Position numbers and translations under genes: made by a program. Positions 12,735 through 23,216 of a stretch of DNA of 42,918 nucleotides are shown here, piece by piece; the first letter of the stretch is position 1; each line of letters starts with the position of its first letter. The DNA lies in NCBI GenBank assembly GCA_039804505.1, contig JBDLWA010000148.1:1-42918 (forward strand), read 5' to 3'. A model generated the notes under the pieces. That model had not been told where the DNA came from and did no database searches. It saw only the letters and a list, made by a program, of their open reading frames with translations. Source of the stretch: Pseudomonadota bacterium (GTDB lineage: Bacteria > Pseudomonadota > Gammaproteobacteria > Burkholderiales > Burkholderiaceae_C).

Positions 12735-12762
12735 AAAAAGAGAGCCTCGCAATGAGGCTCTC
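12733..12762 (-). terminator. Intrinsic terminator of the RND operon, possibly bidirectional
   Basis: Perfect 9-bp stem GAGAGCCTC-N5-GAGGCTCTC, followed on the minus strand by T7, between convergent genes. Confidence 0.8.
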
Positions 12763-12793
12763 GGTAGCGTTAGCAAAGACGCAGCGGTGCAGC

Positions 12794-15700
12794 TTAAGAA
12801 TGCGCGTGACCTGCTTCCGTAGGCGAATCCACAACTTCTTTGGTGATCGGACCTGGTACAGATTTGCGAGCAAACAGGCTGTACATGGTGGGCACCACAA
12901 ACACAGTGAGCAAGGTACCAAAGGTCATACCACCCACAATGACCCAGCCAATTTGAATTCGGCTTTCAGCACCCGCGCCCTTGGACAAAGCCAGGGGCAA
13001 TGCGCCAAGCACCATGGCACCCGTCGTCATCAAGATGGGGCGCAAACGCTGGCCTGCCGCCTTCACAATGGCATCAAAGGTCTCCACACCTTGCTCACGA
13101 AGTTGGTTGGTAAATTCAACAATCAAAATACCGTGCTTGGTAATCAAGCCCACCAAGGTAATCAAACCAATTTGTGAGTACACATTGAGTGTGCCCCCTG
13201 TGAGCTTCAAGGTCATCAGGGCGCCAAACATGGACAAGGGGACGGACAGCATGATCACCAATGGATCGATAAAACTCTCAAATTGCGCGGCCAGCACCAA
13301 GAAGATGAAGAACAAAGCCAACACAAAAACAATGACCAAAGCACCTTGCGAGCTTCTAAATTCTCGTGAAGTACCGTTCAAATCTGTGGTGTAACCTGTT
13401 TTCAAAATACCTGCAGCGGTTGTGTCCAAAAACTTCAAAGCATCGCCCAGCGCGTAATCGGGGGCCAAGTTGGCTGTGATCGACACAGAACGGCGCTGAC
13501 CGAAGTGATTCAATTCACGCGGTGAAACGCTTTCGCGGACTTTGACCAAAGCCGACAAAGGGATCACGGTATCGTTGCGACCACGGACATAAATGTTGTC
13601 AATGTCATCCGGTGAATCGCGGCCATTGACTTGGGTTTGCACAATGACGTCGTATTGTTCTGCATCACGTTTGTAGCGTGTCACCGTTCGGCCACCCAGC
13701 ATGGTCTCGATGGCTCTGGCCACCACATCCACACCCACGCCCAACTCGCTGGCCTTCACGCGGTCAACATCGATGCGCAGTTCAGGCTTGTTCAATCGGA
13801 GGTCAACGTCTGGGGCAATGAAGCCAGGATTCTTGGCAATGGCATCCAACATTTGACGTGTGACCGCATTCAGGTTTTGATAGCTGTCAGACGTTTGAAT
13901 CACAAAATTCACGGGTCGCTCGCGGAAGCCCTGACCTAATGACGGTGGCGTGATGGGAAATGCATTGATGCCCGTAATGCCATTGAACTTGCCCTGCAAT
14001 TCTCGCGCAATTTCAAGGGTGGTTCGCTTGCGTTCATCCCAATCGACCGCGCGGTAAATGACACTGCCTTGCGCGACGGTGGGGTTACCTAAGTTGGCAA
14101 AAATTCGATCGAACTCTGGATAAGAGTTCCCAATTTTTTCCAGCGTTTTGGCGTACTTGTCGGTAAAGTCAAGGGTTGAGCCATCGGGGGCGGTAATGGT
14201 CGCCAAGATGGTGCCGCGATCTTCTAGTGGCGACAACTCCTGTTTCATGGTGGGGTAAACAATCACAATGCCCACGCCGCAAGCTGCCATGATGGCTACC
14301 ACCAACCAACGTGCTTTGCGAAGAACCAGTCGCAGCAGTTTTTCGTAACCGTTAGACAGTGACGTCAGGACCGCTTCCATGAACCGGTCAAAGCGATTGG
14401 GGTTGGGGTTGTGACGCAACAACAAAGAACTCATCATGGGCGATAAGGTCAGCGCCACGACACAAGACACCAACACAGCCCCCGCCAAAGCCAGCGCAAA
14501 TTCACTGAACAACTTACCTGTTCTGCCTGGGGTGAAGGCCAAAGGTGCAAACACCGCGGCTAAGGTCAAAGACATCGCCACAATGGCGAATCCAATTTCC
14601 TTGGCACCTTTGATGGCTGCAGAGAAAGGATCCAAACCTTCTTCAATGTGCCGGAAAATATTTTCCAACATCACAATGGCATCGTCCACCACCAAACCAA
14701 TGGCCAGTACCAAAGCCAACAATGTAAGCGTATTGATGGTGAACCCCGCCAAAGCCATCATGGCAAAAGTACCAATCAAGCTAACGGGAATGGTGATGAT
14801 GGGAATGATGGAAGCGCGAATGGTTCTGAGGAAAACAAAGATGACCAAGGCCACCAAAATCACCGCCTCCAAAATAGTCTGGAAAACGCTCTTGATGGAC
14901 TTGTCAATGAACACTGAATTGTCATTGGCGACGTCAATGACCACGTCGCCAGGCAAGTCTTGTTGCAAGCGCGGGATCATGTCGCGAACGCCCTTAGACA
15001 ATTCCAAGGGGTTGGCTGTAGCTTGACGAATCACACCCGCCGAAATGGAGGGTTTGCCATTCAAACGAACCCGGCTTCTATCATCGGCGGCGCCCTCTTC
15101 AACTTTGGCCACATCGCGAATCTTGACCGGGAAGCCATTCACATTGCGAATGGTGATGTCACCAAACTGCCCTGCCTTGATCAGGTCAGTTTGTGAGGTA
15201 ACACTGAATTCACGCAGTTGCGATTCAATCCGTCCAGCGGGCAACTCAAGATTGCTACGGCGAATGGCATCCTCAACGTCTTGCGAGGTCAAACGGTAAG
15301 CCGCCATACGACCAGCATCCAGCCAGACACGCATGGCGTATTTGCGTTCGCCATAGATCCGCACATCGGCAACGCCCGTGACGGTTTGCAAGCGTGGCTT
15401 GACCACACGATTGATCAAGTCGTTGATTTGAAGGGGCGACAAGGTATCGCTTGAAAACGCCAACCAAATGACCGGGAAGGCATCGGCCTCCACTTTGGCA
15501 ATCACTGGCTCTTCAATGGCTTGCGGAAGACGACCGCGTATCCTTGAAGTTCTGTCGCGCACTTCAGCCGCTGCCGTATCGGCATCTTTTTCGAGGCGGA
15601 AACGAACTGTGATTTGTGACTGATCCGCACGACTGATGGACGTGATGACGTCTACTGCATCAATGCCCGCAATGGAATCTTCCAAAGGTTTGGTCACCTG

Positions 15701-15883
15701 CGACTCAATCACCTCTGCAGAAGCGCCTGGGTATTTGACACTGACAGTAACAGTCGGTTCGTCAATCTTTGGATATTCACGCAAAGACAAGCGGTTGAAA
15801 CTCACCGCGCCGATGAGCAAAATCAGCAACGACAAAACGGTCGCGAAGACCGGCCTGCGAATGGATGTTTCAGCGAGTTGCAT
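12794..15883 (-). CDS. RND efflux permease (AcrB/AcrD/AcrF family)
   Basis: 1029 aa; IRRPVFA start and proton-relay motifs GLVVDDAIV, ITKHGILIVEF and RLRPILMT. Confidence 0.95.
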   Translation of the reverse strand: MQLAETSIRRPVFATVLSLLILLIGAVSFNRLSLREYPKIDEPTVTVSVKYPGASAEVIESQVTKPLEDSIAGIDAVDVITSISRADQSQITVRFRLEKDADTAAAEVRDRTSRIRGRLPQAIEEPVIAKVEADAFPVIWLAFSSDTLSPLQINDLINRVVKPRLQTVTGVADVRIYGERKYAMRVWLDAGRMAAYRLTSQDVEDAIRRSNLELPAGRIESQLREFSVTSQTDLIKAGQFGDITIRNVNGFPVKIRDVAKVEEGAADDRSRVRLNGKPSISAGVIRQATANPLELSKGVRDMIPRLQQDLPGDVVIDVANDNSVFIDKSIKSVFQTILEAVILVALVIFVFLRTIRASIIPIITIPVSLIGTFAMMALAGFTINTLTLLALVLAIGLVVDDAIVMLENIFRHIEEGLDPFSAAIKGAKEIGFAIVAMSLTLAAVFAPLAFTPGRTGKLFSEFALALAGAVLVSCVVALTLSPMMSSLLLRHNPNPNRFDRFMEAVLTSLSNGYEKLLRLVLRKARWLVVAIMAACGVGIVIVYPTMKQELSPLEDRGTILATITAPDGSTLDFTDKYAKTLEKIGNSYPEFDRIFANLGNPTVAQGSVIYRAVDWDERKRTTLEIARELQGKFNGITGINAFPITPPSLGQGFRERPVNFVIQTSDSYQNLNAVTRQMLDAIAKNPGFIAPDVDLRLNKPELRIDVDRVKASELGVGVDVVARAIETMLGGRTVTRYKRDAEQYDVIVQTQVNGRDSPDDIDNIYVRGRNDTVIPLSALVKVRESVSPRELNHFGQRRSVSITANLAPDYALGDALKFLDTTAAGILKTGYTTDLNGTSREFRSSQGALVIVFVLALFFIFLVLAAQFESFIDPLVIMLSVPLSMFGALMTLKLTGGTLNVYSQIGLITLVGLITKHGILIVEFTNQLREQGVETFDAIVKAAGQRLRPILMTTGAMVLGALPLALSKGAGAESRIQIGWVIVGGMTFGTLLTVFVVPTMYSLFARKSVPGPITKEVVDSPTEAGHAHS

Positions 15884-17273
15884 TCAAACCTCGTAAGCAG
15901 GGGTTTTCGCCTGTCACTTCTTGCGGTTTGCCACGGCCTGGCTGGCCACCCTTTGCAGACTCTCCGCCTTTACCGGCAGACTCATTGGGTTTGCCATTGG
16001 CAGCACCTGCAGCCGCATCGGGTTTTGCATTGGGTGTACCTGGCGCACCAGCTGCACCAGCTGCACCAGGTGCGCCACCTGCAGCAGCTTGTCCTTTGTT
16101 CATGTCCACAACGCGTACAGGCGTGCCGTCTTTTTGCAGACGTTGCTGTCCGGCCACCACCACAGAGTCATCCAAAGACAAGCCTTCCAGAATTTCGACT
16201 TTGCCGGGCTGACGAATACCAATCTTGACCACGACACGCTCGGAAACCAGTTCATCCTTGTTGGTACCTGGCACAACACGGACCACAAAAGAACGGCCGC
16301 CTTGCGGCACGATGGCCTCTTCAGGAACGACCAAGGCTTTTTCTCTCTCGCCAAAGACAGCATTGACACGTGCAAACATGCCCGGGCGCAATTGCATTTG
16401 ACGATTGTCGATACAACCACGAACACCCACGGAACGACCATTGGCATCGATCAAAGGATCGATGGCTTGCACCACCGCCGTGAATTTGCGACCTGGTAAG
16501 GCATCAAAGGTGACTTGTGCTTTTTGGCCAGGCTTGATTTTGGTTTGAAAACGTTCCGCCAAACGGAAGTCCAATAACACGGCCTCAATGTCTTCCACGT
16601 TCACCATGTCGGCGCCGTCTTTCAAGTAGTCACCCACGTTGATTTGGCGAAGACCGGCCACGCCATCAAACGGCGCCACAACTTTCAAACGCTGAAGTGT
16701 GGCTTGGGCCAAAGCCAACTTGGCTTGAGCGACTTGAAGCGCGGCTTCGCTTTCGTCCACAGATCTTTTGCTGATGAAATTTTGCGATACCAACTCTTGA
16801 TTGCGCGTGTGGTTGGCTTGGGCAATCGATAACTCGGCTTTGGCTTGCATCAACTGCGCAGCTGGGAGCTGGTCGTCAAACTGAATCAGGAGTTGGCCCT
16901 TTTTCACTTTTTGACCATCTTTGAACAACACTTGGCTGACCCGTCCACCAACTTCAGGTCGCAAGACCACCCCCTGGTTGGAACGAAGACTACCCACCGA
17001 TTGGGTTTCATCCACCAATTTAATTTGTTCTACCTTGACCACTTCAACAGCAGCGGGTTTGCCTGGACCACCTGGGCCAGCAGCGCCCCCCGCAGGACCG
17101 GCTGCGCTGGGACCACTGGCGGGACCCGCGGCAGGGCCAGTGCTTGGGTTACTGGCTGCAGCTGTAACTTCTGCAGAGCCGGCTGTTGGTTTATTTTGTA
17201 GCCACCATGCTGCGCCAGAAGCTACAGCAACGCCGACCAGCGCGAATGCAAGATATGGTTTTTTGAAAGACAT
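15870..17273 (-). CDS. RND periplasmic adaptor (membrane fusion protein)
   Basis: N-terminal anchor; PEVGGRV, APFDG, LRPGMFA and VPEEAI; Ala/Gly/Pro-rich extensions at both ends. Confidence 0.93.
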   Translation of the reverse strand: MSFKKPYLAFALVGVAVASGAAWWLQNKPTAGSAEVTAAASNPSTGPAAGPASGPSAAGPAGGAAGPGGPGKPAAVEVVKVEQIKLVDETQSVGSLRSNQGVVLRPEVGGRVSQVLFKDGQKVKKGQLLIQFDDQLPAAQLMQAKAELSIAQANHTRNQELVSQNFISKRSVDESEAALQVAQAKLALAQATLQRLKVVAPFDGVAGLRQINVGDYLKDGADMVNVEDIEAVLLDFRLAERFQTKIKPGQKAQVTFDALPGRKFTAVVQAIDPLIDANGRSVGVRGCIDNRQMQLRPGMFARVNAVFGEREKALVVPEEAIVPQGGRSFVVRVVPGTNKDELVSERVVVKIGIRQPGKVEILEGLSLDDSVVVAGQQRLQKDGTPVRVVDMNKGQAAAGGAPGAAGAAGAPGTPNAKPDAAAGAANGKPNESAGKGGESAKGGQPGRGKPQEVTGENPCLRGLNATR

Positions 17274-17468
17274 CAACGTTTCCGAACAGAACCCAAAACA
17301 GTTTTGAAATGTAACAGTAGTTGGGGATTTCCTGTATCGGCAAAAACGTCATATTGTGTGGCCCCGCCCCTGAAAAGAAGATGCAGCCGAGCTGTTCCCT
17401 CACATTCAGCCCTCTTTACAGATGCTTTACAAAATTCAAGCTATCGCCAAAGCGACAGTGCTTGTGAT

Positions 17469-17921
17469 TCATCGACCCAGTGCTTGATCCACGCCTTGAT
17501 TGGCCAAAGCATCAGCCCTTTCGTTGCCAGGGTCGCCAGCATGCCCCTTCACCCATCGCCATTCAATCTGATGGCCCGATTGGGCCACCAAAGCGTCAAG
17601 CTTTTGCCAAAGGTCAGCGTTTTTCACGGGTTGCTTGGCGGCCGTTCGCCAGCCTTTGGCTTTCCAACCATGGATCCACTCCGTGATGCCTTTGCGCACA
17701 TACTCACTGTCCAAGTACAAGGTGATCTTGCAGGGTCTTTTCAAAGCAAGCAAGGCCTCAATGACCGCAGTCAGCTCCATTCGATTGTTGGTGGTTTCCA
17801 GTTCCCCGCCAAAAATTTCGCGCACATGTTCACCAGAGCGCATCAAAGCCCCCCAGCCGCCAGGGCCTGGATTGCCTTTACAAGCACCATCCGTATGTAT
17901 CTCAACGTGATTCACATTCAT
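17469..17921 (-). CDS. rnhA: Ribonuclease HI
   Basis: Motifs [23 protein letters not shown] and WVKGHAG..GNERAD. Exact start uncertain (17915-17942). Confidence 0.97.
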   Translation of the reverse strand: MNVNHVEIHTDGACKGNPGPGGWGALMRSGEHVREIFGGELETTNNRMELTAVIEALLALKRPCKITLYLDSEYVRKGITEWIHGWKAKGWRTAAKQPVKNADLWQKLDALVAQSGHQIEWRWVKGHAGDPGNERADALANQGVDQALGR

Positions 17922-18744
17922 TCTTTCGATTGACGTTGGCATTTCCGTGCGAACGCGTTTGTTTTTGCGCCAGGGTCACCACCCTTTGGGGCTGCACTCT
18001 TTTGTTTTTCCAACTAGCGCCCAATATTCGCCCGCCTTGTACCTTTTTGACAGCCACAATGACGTAAGCGCCTCCCAAAATAGGCCACCATTTGGGTCCC
18101 AAACGGTCTAGCCAAGACCAACGCTGGAACCATTTTTGTTTTTCCAAAGCGGGACGCCAGCAACCAAATTGGCTCACTTTGACCTCAAATCCAAGCAATC
18201 GAAGCCAATCACGCAGCCGCCAATAGGCAATCAACTCGCCACAGGGAGGGGCCTTCAAGCCGTCGTAACCCCATCGGCGGTACCAAGCAGAGCGAAGGTG
18301 ACGCCACCCCCACAAGCTGGTGGGGTTGATCCCTGTGATGACCAAATGGCCTTCAGGCATCAATACCCGCTCTGCTTCGCGAAGACTTGCATGGGCATCC
18401 AAACTCAATTCAAGACTGTGCGGCATGACCAGCAAATCTAAACTATCAGCTTGAAATGGCAAGGCCACACTGTGCGCAGCAAAATCAAACTCGATTGGCG
18501 TCTCGGGTGGCTCTGATAAGGGTTCTAGCTCAGACAATGCCAACCACTGATGCGGCATGCGGTTGCTTTTGAGGCCTTTGAGCTCAGGCATGCCCAGTTG
18601 TAAAGCGTGGTAGCCAAAGATATCCGCCACTACCTCATCTAATTTCTGCTGCTCCCAAGCCAACAAATAGTCACCGGCAGGGGTCTTCAACCATTCACGC
18701 CAAGCGAGATTCATTGCTGTGGTTTCTATAATAGGAAGAGTCAT
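17902..18744 (-). CDS. Class I SAM-dependent methyltransferase (YafS-like)
   Basis: Motifs [22 protein letters not shown] and [11 protein letters not shown]; conserved position between rnhA and gloB. Start is 18744 or 18714. Confidence 0.88.
   Translation of the reverse strand: MTLPIIETTAMNLAWREWLKTPAGDYLLAWEQQKLDEVVADIFGYHALQLGMPELKGLKSNRMPHQWLALSELEPLSEPPETPIEFDFAAHSVALPFQADSLDLLVMPHSLELSLDAHASLREAERVLMPEGHLVITGINPTSLWGWRHLRSAWYRRWGYDGLKAPPCGELIAYWRLRDWLRLLGFEVKVSQFGCWRPALEKQKWFQRWSWLDRLGPKWWPILGGAYVIVAVKKVQGGRILGASWKNKRVQPQRVVTLAQKQTRSHGNANVNRKNECESR
18727..18732 (+). promoter_or_regulatory. -10 element of the gloB-mltD promoter
   Basis: Perfect TATAAT 10 nt upstream of the gloB ATG. Confidence 0.5.
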
Positions 18745-19516
18745 GAACCTTATTCCACTGCCCGCATTTTCAGATAACTACATTTGGTTGTTGCACCACC
18801 AAGGCCGCGCTTTGGTGGTTGACCCCGGAGAGTCTGAGCCCGTCACTCGTTGGTTAAACGACCATCAACACTCATTGGATTGCATTTTAGTCACGCATCA
18901 CCACGGTGACCACACGGGGGGCGTTGCCGCGTTGCAGCGCGAATGGGGTGTGAAGGTATATGGCCCCGCAAATGAAAAACTTCCCTTTGAATATCATCCC
19001 CTCCGACAAGGTGACACGTTTCAATGGGCAGATTTAAATTTTCAAACGCTTGATGTGCCTGGGCATACCGCGGGTCACATTGCATACTGGGCCCATCCAG
19101 AAGGACAAGACCCTTTGTTATTTTGTGGTGACACCCTTTTCTCAGGCGGTTGCGGCAGACTTTTTGAGGGCACGCCCACTCAAATGTTGCAATCACTGGA
19201 TCAACTGGCTGCCATGCCAGGCAACACTCGTGTTTGCTGCGCCCACGAATACACCTTGAGCAATTTGAAGTTTGCTGTGGCCGTAGAGCCTCACAATAGG
19301 GACCTACAACAATACAAAGCGCACTGCGAACAACTCAGAGCGAATTTACTGCCTACCCTCCCCGCTCAACTGGCCAAGGAATTGCAAATCAATCCATTTT
19401 TGAGAAGTCGACACCCTGACGTGATCGATGCCGTCAAGCAATTTGCACCCAACACATCCCTCCACGAAGCTGAAATTTTTGGCAATTTACGCTTGTGGAA
19501 AAACGAATTCAAATGA
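18743..19516 (+). CDS. gloB: Hydroxyacylglutathione hydrolase (glyoxalase II)
   Basis: Motifs DNYIW, THHHGDHTGG, GHTAGH, GDTLFSGGCGR and AHEYT. Confidence 0.96.
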   Translation: MNLIPLPAFSDNYIWLLHHQGRALVVDPGESEPVTRWLNDHQHSLDCILVTHHHGDHTGGVAALQREWGVKVYGPANEKLPFEYHPLRQGDTFQWADLNFQTLDVPGHTAGHIAYWAHPEGQDPLLFCGDTLFSGGCGRLFEGTPTQMLQSLDQLAAMPGNTRVCCAHEYTLSNLKFAVAVEPHNRDLQQYKAHCEQLRANLLPTLPAQLAKELQINPFLRSRHPDVIDAVKQFAPNTSLHEAEIFGNLRLWKNEFK

Positions 19517-21066
19517 AAACAAACCCTGTCTTGGGCCGCCTAAAACTCATCGCATTAGTAGGCCTGGCGCTGTTTCTGACGGCTTGCGCCAATCTCGAAA
19601 AGCCAACGGAAGCCAGTAGCCTCGCCACGGACACACAAGTCGCGACGGCACCAACACCCACGGTGACGCCCCCCAAAGCAACGCCTAGAGCGCCAATCGC
19701 AAAACCCAAGATGAGCGACACTGCCGAGCCACCTGCAGACATTTGGGTGCGCATTCGTCAAGGTTTTGCCATGCCAGATCTTGAAAATGACTTGGTTCGC
19801 GATCGCGAAGAATGGTATGCGGCACGCCCAGACTACATGGTTCGAATGACCGAACGCTCGCGCAAATACCTGTTTCACATCGTTGAAGAACTGGAGCGAC
19901 GCAACATGCCCACAGAATTGGCCTTGTTGCCCTTCATTGAGTCGGCGTTTAACCCTGAGGCGGTGTCTTCAGCCAAAGCTGCCGGCATGTGGCAATTCAT
20001 GCCTGCAACAGGTAAATACTTTGACTTGAAACAAAACGCGTTTAGAGATGAACGACGGGGCGTTGTGGAGTCCACCCGGGCAGCGCTTGATTACCTCCAA
20101 AAACTCTACGGCATGTTTGGCGATTGGCATTTGGCCTTAGCAGCCTACAACTGGGGCGAAGGCAGTGTGGGCCGAGCGTTGGCCAAAAACAAAGCGGCTG
20201 GTTTGGGCCTCACCTATTCAGACCTCAACATGCCCAACGAAACGCGCTATTACGTGCCCAAATTGCAGGCCGTTAAAAACATCATTGCGCAGCCTGAAAA
20301 CTTCAACGCGCGCTTGCCCTTGATTCAAAACCACCCTTTTTTCAAATCAGTCAGCATCACCCGCGACATTGATGTGAAGTTGGCGGCAAATTTTGCTGGC
20401 ATCAGTTTGGAAGACTTCAAAGCGCTCAATCCCTCGATGAGTCGCCCTGTCATTCTTGCCGCAGGCACGCCAGAAATTTTGCTGCCTTGGGACAATGCCG
20501 ATCGATTTTTGCGCAGATTAGATGAACACGCCAACAAACCGCTAGCCAGTTGGACCGCTTGGCTCGTGCCCAAAACCATGAAGGTATCCGATGCCAGCAA
20601 ACAAGTGAACATGGCTGAAGCGGAGTTGCGTACGGTGAATCAAATTCCCAAAGGCATGCAAGTCAAACAAGGCTCTACCCTTCTGGTCACCCGCCAAGGG
20701 GCATTGGATTCAGACGTCACCGAACATTTAGCCGACAGTGCCCAAATTTCATTTGCACCCGAAGTGGTTTTACGGCGCATCACCGTCAAAGCACTCAAAG
20801 GCGATACGCTCTTCACCTTGGCCAATCGTCACGATGTGTCCCCAGAAAACATTGCGGCCTGGAATAAATTAAAGATACCAGTCGCCTTAAAGCCTGGACA
20901 AGTCATTTCTATTTTGGTGCCAACCACGGCCAGCTCCAAAGGGAATAAATCGGCAACCAAAAAGCCGAGTACGGGGACAAGTGTCAAGTCGAAAAACAAA
21001 TCGCCTCAGGTGAAATCGCAAGCACCCAAGACCCAAGCCACTGCAAAGCCTAAAGCCAAAAACTAA
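19513..21066 (+). CDS. mltD: Membrane-bound lytic murein transglycosylase D (SLT + LysM lipoprotein)
   Basis: Lipobox LTAC; IESAF (catalytic Glu), AAGMWQFM, AAYNWG, ETRYYVPK; C-terminal LysM (GDTL..LA). ATGA overlap with gloB. Confidence 0.92.
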   Translation: MKTNPVLGRLKLIALVGLALFLTACANLEKPTEASSLATDTQVATAPTPTVTPPKATPRAPIAKPKMSDTAEPPADIWVRIRQGFAMPDLENDLVRDREEWYAARPDYMVRMTERSRKYLFHIVEELERRNMPTELALLPFIESAFNPEAVSSAKAAGMWQFMPATGKYFDLKQNAFRDERRGVVESTRAALDYLQKLYGMFGDWHLALAAYNWGEGSVGRALAKNKAAGLGLTYSDLNMPNETRYYVPKLQAVKNIIAQPENFNARLPLIQNHPFFKSVSITRDIDVKLAANFAGISLEDFKALNPSMSRPVILAAGTPEILLPWDNADRFLRRLDEHANKPLASWTAWLVPKTMKVSDASKQVNMAEAELRTVNQIPKGMQVKQGSTLLVTRQGALDSDVTEHLADSAQISFAPEVVLRRITVKALKGDTLFTLANRHDVSPENIAAWNKLKIPVALKPGQVISILVPTTASSKGNKSATKKPSTGTSVKSKNKSPQVKSQAPKTQATAKPKAKN

Positions 21067-21079
21067 GCTAGGCTGGCCA

Positions 21080-22114
21080 TTAAGTTCGTCGCTTTAAATT
21101 GAGAACAAACTCATTGGTATAAGCACGACTTAGGGTGGGGCCACTCAAGCGATCTAACGCCAGACGCTGAGCTCTGGCTCGCACGACAGTTTGCAAGACC
21201 TCATTGGCAAAGAGTCCATCTAAGCTGTAACTGTCGCGAACCTTTTCAAGCGCCCCTAGGTAGATGGCTCGATCGCCCATCCAATGCTGCGAAGGGACCG
21301 TTTTGAGAATATCGGTGGGCCCAGCTGTTTTCAGCCAATTCAAAGCTTTGACAATCCCCGCCGTGAGCGCATGAGCAATGTCGGGTCTTTTCTGCAAAAA
21401 CTCCGACTTGGCAAATAAACAAGCAGAGGCCATTGGCCCCCCATACAGTCTTTGCGAGCTGCTCAGAGTGCGCGTGTCTGCAACAATTCGCAGTTCATTT
21501 TTTTGCTCTAAGTAATGCAAGATGGGATCGACATGACACAACGCATCGATCGCACCAGAGCGGACGGCCTCCATCACGACGGATGTTGAGCCACCCAGTT
21601 CAACATACTGCACCACGTCGCTTTGAATGCCTGCCTGCTTTTGCCAGTCTTGCGAAACCCAATGCGTGGCGGAGCTTAAGGAGGTGATACCCAAACGAAT
21701 AGATTTGAGTTCTTGAACAGACTTCACGCCTTGAAGCCGCCGTTGCGTGAATCCCAAGCTGATTTGAGGTGCTCTGCCTTGCAAGACAAACGCGCGATAA
21801 CTCAGACCCTTGGCCTGCAACTCAAGGGTGTGCTCGAAGGCCCCCGACACCACATCAGCCTGACCACTTAAGGCGATTTGAACTGCTTGGGAACCAGACT
21901 CGCAATCAATCCATTCAATCTGGAGCCCATCGTTTTTGACAAAGCCCAATTGATCGGCCAGAAACAAGGGCAAGTGGTACAAGCTGTGACGCGCAGCCAA
22001 CGCAATGTTGACTTTTTGAGGGTTAGACGCAGCCTGCACCATTTGCGGCACAGCCCACGCACTGGCGATCGCCATGGCTGCGAATTCTCGGCGCCGAACC
22101 CCTGCTATTGACAC
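21080..22114 (-). CDS. ABC transporter substrate-binding protein, NitT/TauT/SsuA-like
   Basis: Tat-like RRREF signal; LYHLP..LA.QLG, GQADVVSGAFEHT and DTRT motifs. Confidence 0.8.
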   Translation of the reverse strand: MSIAGVRRREFAAMAIASAWAVPQMVQAASNPQKVNIALAARHSLYHLPLFLADQLGFVKNDGLQIEWIDCESGSQAVQIALSGQADVVSGAFEHTLELQAKGLSYRAFVLQGRAPQISLGFTQRRLQGVKSVQELKSIRLGITSLSSATHWVSQDWQKQAGIQSDVVQYVELGGSTSVVMEAVRSGAIDALCHVDPILHYLEQKNELRIVADTRTLSSSQRLYGGPMASACLFAKSEFLQKRPDIAHALTAGIVKALNWLKTAGPTDILKTVPSQHWMGDRAIYLGALEKVRDSYSLDGLFANEVLQTVVRARAQRLALDRLSGPTLSRAYTNEFVLNLKRRT

Positions 22115-22241
22115 AATTACCCTTGATTAGTTCCCATAGATGAAGGCTTAAGAGTACAAAGGTATCGGTGTTTGCGCATCGGGAAACATCCCAAGCGGGT
22201 AATTACGTAATGAAGAACGCTAATGAATTTAGCGCGAAGGC

Positions 22242-22838
22242 CTAGCGACGGTCGTGCAAAGCGTGGGCAATGGTGCCCAAATCGACATATTCCAACTCAC
22301 TGCCTGCAGGTACACCGCGAGCCAAACGGGTGACTCTCAGGCCTTTTTTCTTGAGCATCTCGGCGATGACATGCGCTGTGGCTTCGCCCTCACCCGTAAA
22401 GTTGGTGGCCAAGATGACTTCTTGCACCAAACCATCGCTGCATCGATCTGCCAGCTTTTCAAAGCCCAAATCGTGGGGACCCAGGCCATCTAGGGGGCTG
22501 AGTTTGCCCATCAAAACAAAATACAAACCTCGAAATGTGGAGGTGCGCTCAATGGCCGCTTGGTCAGCTGGTGTTTCGACCACACACAACTGTGAACGAT
22601 CCCGCTCGGGGTCGGCGCACATGCTGCAAACTTCTGTTTCTGTCAGGGTGTGACAGGCCGTGCAGTGACGCACATGGTCGGCGGCATGGGTCAGCGCCTT
22701 GGCCAGTAGCAAGGCACCGGCTCTTTCATGTTGCATCAAATGAAATGCCATGCGAGAGGCCGATTTGGCGCCCACACCCGGGAGCACGCGCAAAGCCTGA
22801 ATCAGCGCATCCAGGGCGTGAGGTGTGGGTTTCTGCAT
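22242..22838 (-). CDS. recR: Recombination mediator RecR
   Basis: HhH motif LPGVGAKSA, Zn finger CTACH...CSMC, TOPRIM VVETPAD, and EGEATA. Confidence 0.97.
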   Translation of the reverse strand: MQKPTPHALDALIQALRVLPGVGAKSASRMAFHLMQHERAGALLLAKALTHAADHVRHCTACHTLTETEVCSMCADPERDRSQLCVVETPADQAAIERTSTFRGLYFVLMGKLSPLDGLGPHDLGFEKLADRCSDGLVQEVILATNFTGEGEATAHVIAEMLKKKGLRVTRLARGVPAGSELEYVDLGTIAHALHDRR

Positions 22839-22875
22839 GGCTGTGTCGACAGTAGCGCGTTGATGAATCTTCAGC

Positions 22876-23199
22876 TTAGAAAGGCAGCTTCATGCCCGGT
22901 GGTAATCCTGCGGTGAGCTTGCCCATCTTTTGTTGAGACACTTCTTCTGCTTGACGGACGGCATCATTGAATGCAGCAGCCACCAAGTCTTCCAGCATGT
23001 CTTTGTCATCTGCTAACAAACTGGGGTCGATGGTGACGCGTTTCACGGCGTGCTTGCAGGTCATCAAGACCTTGACCAAGCCACTGCCAGAAGAGCCTTC
23101 AACTTCGACAAATGCCAACTCGTCTTGTGCTTTTTTGAGGTTGTCTTGCATGGCCTGTGCTTGCTTCATCAGGCCTGCGAGTTGTCCTTTGTTAAACAT
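22876..23199 (-). CDS. ybaB: YbaB/EbfC nucleoid-associated protein
   Basis: Motifs [18 protein letters not shown] and [12 protein letters not shown]; located between dnaX and recR. Confidence 0.95.
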   Translation of the reverse strand: MFNKGQLAGLMKQAQAMQDNLKKAQDELAFVEVEGSSGSGLVKVLMTCKHAVKRVTIDPSLLADDKDMLEDLVAAAFNDAVRQAEEVSQQKMGKLTAGLPPGMKLPF

Positions 23200-23216
23200 G
23201 AAAATCCTTCAATGAA

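Noticed and set aside
17304-17933. 209-aa plus-strand ORF over rnhA
   Set aside because: Mostly antisense to rnhA; no independent evidence.
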